This document shows positions 57,718-64,000 of a stretch of 64,000 nucleotides of DNA, in pieces (position 1 is the stretch's first letter; each line of letters starts with the position of its first letter). The stretch covers positions 496,001-560,000 of the forward strand of contig OZ361257.1 of the NCBI GenBank assembly GCA_977018835.1, read 5' to 3'. The DNA is from Minutocellus sp. GHC0000111 (taxonomy: Eukaryota). Under the pieces are notes generated by a model. The model made no database searches and was not told the DNA's origin. It saw only the letters and a program-made list of their open reading frames with translations. The translations under genes were made by a program, and so were the position numbers.

Positions 57718-59034
57718 ATGGTGCGCTTCTCTTGTCAGGCGGCAGCCGCCCTGCTCCTCGCAACCGCCCTTCCGGGCGCCGAGTCCTTCACCAACAATGG
57801 CATGAGGTCACGGTCCGCCCTTCGCCGGCGGCAGACCGTCCAGCGCCTCCCTGCTCCGCCTTCGGTTTCTGCGGATGACAGCACGATTCTCTACGCCCTC
57901 CCGACGGCGGAGGAGTCGGCCAAGGCTCTGAGTGATTACATGGCCAAGAGTCACGAGGACAAGCTCCGGGCCGTCAAGGATGCGGAGACCAAGAAGAATG
58001 CGGAAATCCAGGTGCGTGCGTTTATAAGTGTCAGCGGCTCTTTGGAACACATAATGTGTTGGCATTCGTCACATCAACGAAAGTGCATCTTTCTTCAAGT
58101 GCCGGCATATTATCTGATGGATGCGTTCGCAGCATGTCTTATATAAAGTACATACTTTGTCTCACACAAAACTATGCTATTTCTCTGCCACAAACAGGCT
58201 CTGAAAGAGGAGATTGCCGAGCTCAAGGCCGGAAAGGGCCAGATTGTGCAGTCGACGTCCCCGATCGCCACCATGCCGGAGGGTTCCAAGGAGGAGCTCC
58301 TGGCCAAGCTGCAGCAGTATCAAAAGTTCATGGCCGATTACATCGTCAAGTCGCAGGAGCAGAAGCTGCTGGCCGTCCGTGCCGCCGAGGCTGCGACCGC
58401 CAAAAAGTACGAGGAGAAGCTCCTGCTGCTGGGCGGGGCTGCGGCGGCTCCTGCCGCTCCAGCCATCGCCGCGTCGGCAACACCGACGCTGTTCGCCGAG
58501 CGCAACGCCAAGATCAGCGCGGCTGCCAAGGCTGGAAAGTCTCGATGGGGTGATGCCGAGGTTCAGAGAGTGGCCGCTGGTTCTGCCGCCCCACCGGTGC
58601 CATCGCCGGCCGCACCAGCGGTACCGGCTGCCACGACCGCGGTCGTTGCACCGGCAGCTGAGGTTGTGGAGGCTGCCGATCACGGATTGCGTGCTGATGG
58701 TGGCGTCGGTGGGCCCAGTCTGGCGGAGAGGCTCAGCTCTGGTGCCAATGGTGCCATTGCTCCTGTTTCTGCGGCTTCCACCGCTTTGTATGATAAGCGA
58801 AATGCCAAGGTCAGTGCCGCGGGCAAGGCTGGAAAGTCGCGATGGGGAGAAGCAGAGGTACAGAAGTCGATCCAATTGGCCGGAAATGCTTTGCCATCTG
58901 CAGCGCCCAAGGTTGAAATTGTTGCCTCACCCGAGGTAGAGGCCGCGGATCATGGTTTGCGTGCCGATGGTGGCGTTGGTGGACCATCTCTCGCGGAGCG
59001 GGTAAACCTCGGAGCTGCGCTGCTCGGAAAGTAA
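57718..59034 (+). CDS. Plastid-targeted Ala-rich protein with coiled coil and a duplicated KSRWG / ADHGLRADGGVGGPSLAER module
   Basis: Exons 57718-58011 and 58198-59034. Signal peptide ends in AESF. The module occurs twice in exon 2. Confidence 0.8.
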
Positions 59035-59278
59035 ATGAAACGTTGCGCCGCCTTCCGGTCTGCTCCTTGTTGTATTGTATTGTGGTGTGAATTCAGTTAA
59101 TAGATACATCAATACATTTTACTACATACATATATTATGCGCTGGCCTCGGTGGACCTGTACTGTGGTCAGTACATCTAACTCTAGAGCAAGTGGCTCAA
59201 GTGGGAGCAAATTCAACAATCACGTGGGCACAAAAAAAGTATCTTCCATCCAATAGGAGATGACCAAAATCCAATCCA

Positions 59279-61303
59279 TTAGTAATGCACTTGAGGTAAA
59301 CCTGCTGGTTCACTGTCCATTCTTACATGGAGTGTAACATAGCAAATGATTAGCACTGGGTCGATTCCCGGAGCGATAGTGACATCAAACACTCCTTCTC
59401 TCACAGGGCTGGGGAGAATAAGACAGCACGGAGCTCCTGTTTCGTCCGTTTCTTCGCCACCGTTTTGCTGTATTCTTGAAACAAGCGTATGAGAAAGGTC
59501 GCCATGGCCGTCAAAGCCGTGTTGGCCTCGGTAAGCCGCAGTATGTGAGAACCCCTTGAGCCGGTTGGCAGTCACCCGTGGCTCGTTCGCTTGTTCCTGC
59601 TGCTCAGCAATCGCCATGTGGATCGACACCGAGTCACCACGCAGGCGACCATCCTTCTTGATCAAGGCCCAGGGATAGTACTGAACGAAGTCTTCATCGT
59701 CGCCAGCGCCACTCGCCAAGCTCTCGAAGGAAGCATCTTGTGAATTGGCGTCCTTGGCACCACCGCGGTATGACCTCGCTCGCTGTCCGGGAAATCGAGG
59801 CTTACTACCGTAAACGATGTGGCTTGGGACTATGGTGTGGGCATTTCGCATAATGGCAAGCACATTCCCATCGCCATCTTCAACCTGTATCCGATTTGGG
59901 TCTTCCATTCTAGCAATGACTCCATTGCCCCAAGGCCGTCCGGATGGAGTCGTTACAGCAAACTCAAACGAAGAAAAGAATGGTGTCCGAAAGGAGAAAA
60001 AATCGGAGGAGGATATGGACCATTCGTCAGACTCGTCTTGCGAGTTGTTGTTCTGGCATTTAGTTGTATCCGTGAGTCGGAGTCGGATTGGGCTGCCTGG
60101 TTTCTGAGAAGGCAAAGATGATCGGACCTCGTATTGCGCTTGGCCGTTTGGCCCGTGCCGTTCCGGTGTCTCGGGCACACCATTTATCAAAACGCCATTG
60201 TAGATGAGAGATTTGCTGTTGGGATATCCTGGCGAAGATATGCCCTTGGCACAGCTCTTATAATTCGACACACCACATAGAGGTTGTGGAGCCAGTAACC
60301 GATCCGGAGTCATGACGGCCTGGTGCGGTGGAGAACGACGGGGAGTCCGTCGCGGGGACCGTCGTGGAGTCGAAAACACCGGAGTTGCCTTGGATTCGTC
60401 GTACTGGCCATCCTCTTCCTCATCTTCCTTGACCTGGAAAAGACGTTTGGGGGTCAGTGGTACTTGGCTGATAGGAACAACGTAATTGCCCTTTGTGCCA
60501 TTATTCACGGTCGATACAATCTCATCGGAAGTTATTGCCATATCCCGAGATTGAGTGGGCGTTACCACCGTAGGCTTGCGTTCTGTTTTTCGAACTGGTG
60601 TTGAACATTGGTAGTCATAGAATCCATCCAGCGAGTCTCTGTCCTCCTCATCAGCCGATGACACTGTGGTGGAGGTGAGCATCGAACGCAGAGACTCGGG
60701 AGTGCCCGACGAACTCGGAGTTGTGGTTCTATTTGGCGTGAATGCCTTTGCATGGGCGATGTCGTCAGTATCAAATAAGCTTGTCCTTTTTTCATCTTGC
60801 ACTCTGATTGGACTGGGATTCGGACTGCCACTCGCAGAAGGGATTAATACATTCTCCGATCCAAGAAATGGTGGGTCGAGAGGATGAGGCTTCGTAAGAT
60901 CAAAGTCCGAGGCCCGTCCTCTCCCACTACTAGAAGATCGATTGCCATTACTTGCTTCGGCGCCAGAGGTAATCTGCTGCAAACGAGTAGCTGCAGATGA
61001 AGATTTCCCCTCATCCCGCAAGCCTTGTTCGATGTCACTGCATGCATTGCCGTCACTGCATGAAATGCCAAAACCAGCAGACCGGCACTGTTGTGCTGCT
61101 TTTGATTTCTCGGCACATACAATGCTACCAGTATCGGCATCATCAAGGGTAATGCTCTCGCCCAAGAGGCGGGTGCCATCGTCGTCTTCGTCGTAGACTG
61201 ACGATTTGGGTGGATTGGTACATCGGCTGGCCAAGGACGCTATCGGGTTGCTACCGGCAGTGGTGTCGTCCCCACATGCGCAGGCGCTGATGGCGGCACC
61301 CAT
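59279..61303 (-). CDS. Putatively N-acylated, largely disordered protein with a C-terminal Tubby-C/LURP-one-like domain
   Basis: N-terminus MGAAISACAC; S/T/P-rich middle; C-terminal FDVTIAPGIDPVLIICY. Confidence 0.65.
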   Translation of the reverse strand: MGAAISACACGDDTTAGSNPIASLASRCTNPPKSSVYDEDDDGTRLLGESITLDDADTGSIVCAEKSKAAQQCRSAGFGISCSDGNACSDIEQGLRDEGKSSSAATRLQQITSGAEASNGNRSSSSGRGRASDFDLTKPHPLDPPFLGSENVLIPSASGSPNPSPIRVQDEKRTSLFDTDDIAHAKAFTPNRTTTPSSSGTPESLRSMLTSTTVSSADEEDRDSLDGFYDYQCSTPVRKTERKPTVVTPTQSRDMAITSDEIVSTVNNGTKGNYVVPISQVPLTPKRLFQVKEDEEEDGQYDESKATPVFSTPRRSPRRTPRRSPPHQAVMTPDRLLAPQPLCGVSNYKSCAKGISSPGYPNSKSLIYNGVLINGVPETPERHGPNGQAQYEVRSSLPSQKPGSPIRLRLTDTTKCQNNNSQDESDEWSISSSDFFSFRTPFFSSFEFAVTTPSGRPWGNGVIARMEDPNRIQVEDGDGNVLAIMRNAHTIVPSHIVYGSKPRFPGQRARSYRGGAKDANSQDASFESLASGAGDDEDFVQYYPWALIKKDGRLRGDSVSIHMAIAEQQEQANEPRVTANRLKGFSHTAAYRGQHGFDGHGDLSHTLVSRIQQNGGEETDETGAPCCLILPSPVREGVFDVTIAPGIDPVLIICYVTLHVRMDSEPAGLPQVHY

Positions 61304-61668
61304 GGTGGTTCGTTCGTGGTAGCTGTCAGGTGCAGGCAGGCAGAGCTGTTATGCTTTGCGCAGATGAGGGCAAGATTGAGCTCGCTCACTCGGCATCGGG
61401 TTCGGGCACAATATGTGATGTCTTGCACCTAACTTGGTTGCAAAGCAAAGCAGTATCTACGAGTTGTATGGCCGGGATACCGGCAGGAGCACGAGACGGG
61501 ACGATGCCGATGCCGGCGGTTCTGAAGAAAGCCGGCGCGAGCAAGCCGGCCCTCATTTTTTGTCGACGATGCGAGCTGACGATGCTGCCTCTTTGTCCAC
61601 CACATATGGTATTATTCAAACTCCCAAAAACAGTATGAGATCGCCAAGCTCCCCTCCTCCTCTACTGC

Positions 61669-62382
61669 ATGGTCGTCTGTGCATTTGACCTGGCCATGGC
61701 TGCTCCCAAAGTCATTCTGGCCGATCACACGGCCGCCGCGGCTGCGCTCTTCAACAACATGAGAACGCCAGCGGCGCTCATTGGCGCCTCCGTTGTGCCC
61801 TTTGGCATCCTCTCGGCACCCATTGTGGAATCGACCGACAATGCCCGAGCGATTCGGCTCAAGAACGCCAACATGTTGCTTGCCATCGTCTCGCTACTGA
61901 ACCAGGTCCTTGCCATTGTGTATTCGACTGTCGCTGTCAACAAAATTGCCGAGTTGACGTACGAGCCGACGGAGGGGGTGGCGCAATTCATTGAGAGATA
62001 TTTCGAGCTGTCCTGGGTGGGAACCAACGTGCACTTCCTCCTTGGATTGATGGGATTCGCTTGCTTGACATTGGCCAAGCCGTACCATATGTACGGCAAG
62101 AACGTGGGAGATATTGCAGCATGCTGGATCGGAGCTGCCATGGTGATGTGCATATCCATCGTCAATAGGGCGATATCGGCAGGACATGGTACGATGGACG
62201 ATTCATCCTTGCAATTTGCTAACAATTTGGGAGGACTGGTTGTTACATACGTAAAGTTGCTCCTGCAGGAATGCATGGTGTTGAATGTTCTGCCCATATT
62301 ATCACTTGGGCTTGGCCTGGTATCCGTCATTCCCGTGACAAGAGCGTGGAGGTCAACCAGAGAAGTCGATAAGCGAGATTGA
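61669..62382 (+). CDS. Multi-pass membrane protein, unknown function
   Basis: About 5 hydrophobic segments. Motifs MRTPAALIG and WVGTNVHFLLG. Confidence 0.7.
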   Translation: MVVCAFDLAMAAPKVILADHTAAAAALFNNMRTPAALIGASVVPFGILSAPIVESTDNARAIRLKNANMLLAIVSLLNQVLAIVYSTVAVNKIAELTYEPTEGVAQFIERYFELSWVGTNVHFLLGLMGFACLTLAKPYHMYGKNVGDIAACWIGAAMVMCISIVNRAISAGHGTMDDSSLQFANNLGGLVVTYVKLLLQECMVLNVLPILSLGLGLVSVIPVTRAWRSTREVDKRD

Positions 62383-62558
62383 TTCCAGTTTGATGACATG
62401 CCCGCACATGCCGTATGCCTTAATGCAATGGGTATTTATACTAGTACCATGAAAGATTATTCTATTTACAGTGTTTAGTATCTATTAGCTAGCTAGCGTT
62501 TGTATGTACAATAGTGAGAAACATTTCCTCGATATGTGCAGTAGTTTTTGCATCTCCT

Positions 62559-63995
62559 CTATGCCCGGCCTTGATCCTCCATGTTGAATTCACGGAGCAA
62601 TCCAAGCAAGTCATCCAGGACTGGTTCGACGGCATTGCTAAACTTTAGCATTGCCTTCTTACCATGCTCAGCCGATTCACCATCGGTCATGTGCTCAATC
62701 AAGAGCTCGAGGGGAGGGGCTGCGGCGGCAGAGTATTGAAAGACCTTGCGGACGGCCCAGCCGTGATATTTGGAGTAAACGTCGTCATATGCCTTGCGAA
62801 CGGCCTCGCTGATGTTGTCCTTGTAGCGATTGTCATTGAAATTTCGATAGAGCTTGTTCTGATATTCCAGTTGACGGCGGGCCCACAAGAGGCCAGTGGC
62901 GGCAGATTCGTCCTCCAGCTTGGGAAGGCCTCTTGTATGGACATTGGTGTCAACTTCCTCCTTTAGCAGATCTCGGAGCGTTGGTCGCTTGCGAATGGTG
63001 CCCTGGACGGCCTTGCGGCGCTCAATCCAGGCACGAGCAGCGTTTTCAATTTTCTTCACATTCAACAGAATGTCCTTTTGGCCGAGGGTGATACCGGTGG
63101 CATAGGTTTTGTAGCCAGACGGTGGAATTTGGCGGAGCGCGCGCCAATCGGCGAAAATCCTCATGACACCGCAAAAATGAAGGGCGTCCATCGATCCTCG
63201 TTGCTGTTTGGGCGACACGGCGAGATACGAAGGGCTGCCGGTAACTACCGCTTTCGCCGCGGTCTCCACAGCATTGAAGGCCTTGCAGCTTGTGATGCCG
63301 GCGCCTGCAGAACACTTTCTATTCTGAGCAAAGGCAAACAGGTCTCCGGTCTCGCCAAGAGAAAGAGATTTGACTTTGGCTTCGGGGTAGTGATGAAATA
63401 TTGATGAAGACATGACACTGCGCCATCCCTTTGGGGGTGTTTGGAATGGCTTGGCGTCGGGAAGAGCGCTGGGGTCGACCGAGGGGAGTGTTGTCATGGA
63501 CGACGGTGGTGGCGGAGTAGGCGCGGTGGGCGCCAAAAAGTTGATCTCGGCTAAGAAATTTTCGATATGTGCTTTCTCGCGTTCCGCATACCACTGAAGA
63601 TCACGAAGCTTCTGTGTGGTCTTGACTTTGGCCATCATGAGCTCCTTGTTTTCGATAACAGGCTCGCTTGCTGCTCGGCGCATACCGGCATGTCTCGTCC
63701 AGTGACGATTGACTTGATATTGTAAGACAACTCTGGAATCTCCTTTCGACGATGGAGTATCATCTTCTGGTGCTGGTGTCTTGCACGTTTTATTGTTGGG
63801 GGGGTTGCAACCCATCGACACAAGGTTATTGCTTGACTTCGACATGCCGTGGTCCTGGATGGTGCCAGCTTCGGTGCCAGCCGGACTATTGAGGAGCAAG
63901 AGCACTGCAAAGCACAGAGAGAGGGCGAAAAGCGCTGACCGCGAATCCCCAATGGTTCGGTCATGTAGGAGATGGAGGGTAGAGATTGGCTCCAT
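62559..63995 (-). CDS. Glycolipid transfer protein (GLTP)-domain protein
   Basis: C-terminal SAATGLLWARRQL...AYDDVYSKYHGWAVRKVF...AAP. Hydrophobic N-terminal segment. The start codon is uncertain at the window edge. Confidence 0.78.
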   Translation of the reverse strand: MEPISTLHLLHDRTIGDSRSALFALSLCFAVLLLLNSPAGTEAGTIQDHGMSKSSNNLVSMGCNPPNNKTCKTPAPEDDTPSSKGDSRVVLQYQVNRHWTRHAGMRRAASEPVIENKELMMAKVKTTQKLRDLQWYAEREKAHIENFLAEINFLAPTAPTPPPPSSMTTLPSVDPSALPDAKPFQTPPKGWRSVMSSSIFHHYPEAKVKSLSLGETGDLFAFAQNRKCSAGAGITSCKAFNAVETAAKAVVTGSPSYLAVSPKQQRGSMDALHFCGVMRIFADWRALRQIPPSGYKTYATGITLGQKDILLNVKKIENAARAWIERRKAVQGTIRKRPTLRDLLKEEVDTNVHTRGLPKLEDESAATGLLWARRQLEYQNKLYRNFNDNRYKDNISEAVRKAYDDVYSKYHGWAVRKVFQYSAAAAPPLELLIEHMTDGESAEHGKKAMLKFSNAVEPVLDDLLGLLREFNMEDQGRA

Positions 63996-64000
63996 GATTC

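Noticed and set aside
1..64000. tRNA or rRNA genes
   Set aside because: I recognised no cloverleaf with A/B boxes and no rRNA signature by eye. A tRNAscan-SE/Infernal run would be needed to exclude them.

Overview
Gene-dense eukaryotic nuclear DNA, almost certainly a diatom: short GT-AG introns, ASAFAP-like bipartite plastid presequences, PRORP, an FEA1-like protein and a silaffin-like KxxK/chitin-binding protein. The first 5.6 kb is a transposon patch. It holds a 3.65-kb TA-flanked mariner-like element (443-4096) carrying a DD38D transposase with an HMG-box-like N-terminus plus a second convergent ORF, a truncated TA-depleted alcohol dehydrogenase pseudogene, and a 919-bp TIR element. From 6.2 to 64 kb there are 26 host genes in nearly strict alternating orientation, including NCBP2, centrin, PRORP, RPA3, a MINDY deubiquitinase, COG5, a P5B-ATPase, listerin/LTN1, MCMBP, cysteine synthase, bL32m, a methyltransferase-riboflavin kinase fusion, FEA1-like, MsrB-like and GLTP-domain genes. 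Seven of these genes carry in-frame stops, frameshifts or deletions, including an 8-bp excision-like footprint, and MsrB has a probable in-frame deletion. This is either a degenerating haplotype/homeolog or partly an assembly artefact. Other signals are apparent TpA-to-CpA/TpG hypermutation in the repeat patch, TA-bounded palindrome tracts in intergenic DNA, and a structured 598-nt intron in RPA3. All calls come from manual reading; no database searches were run.
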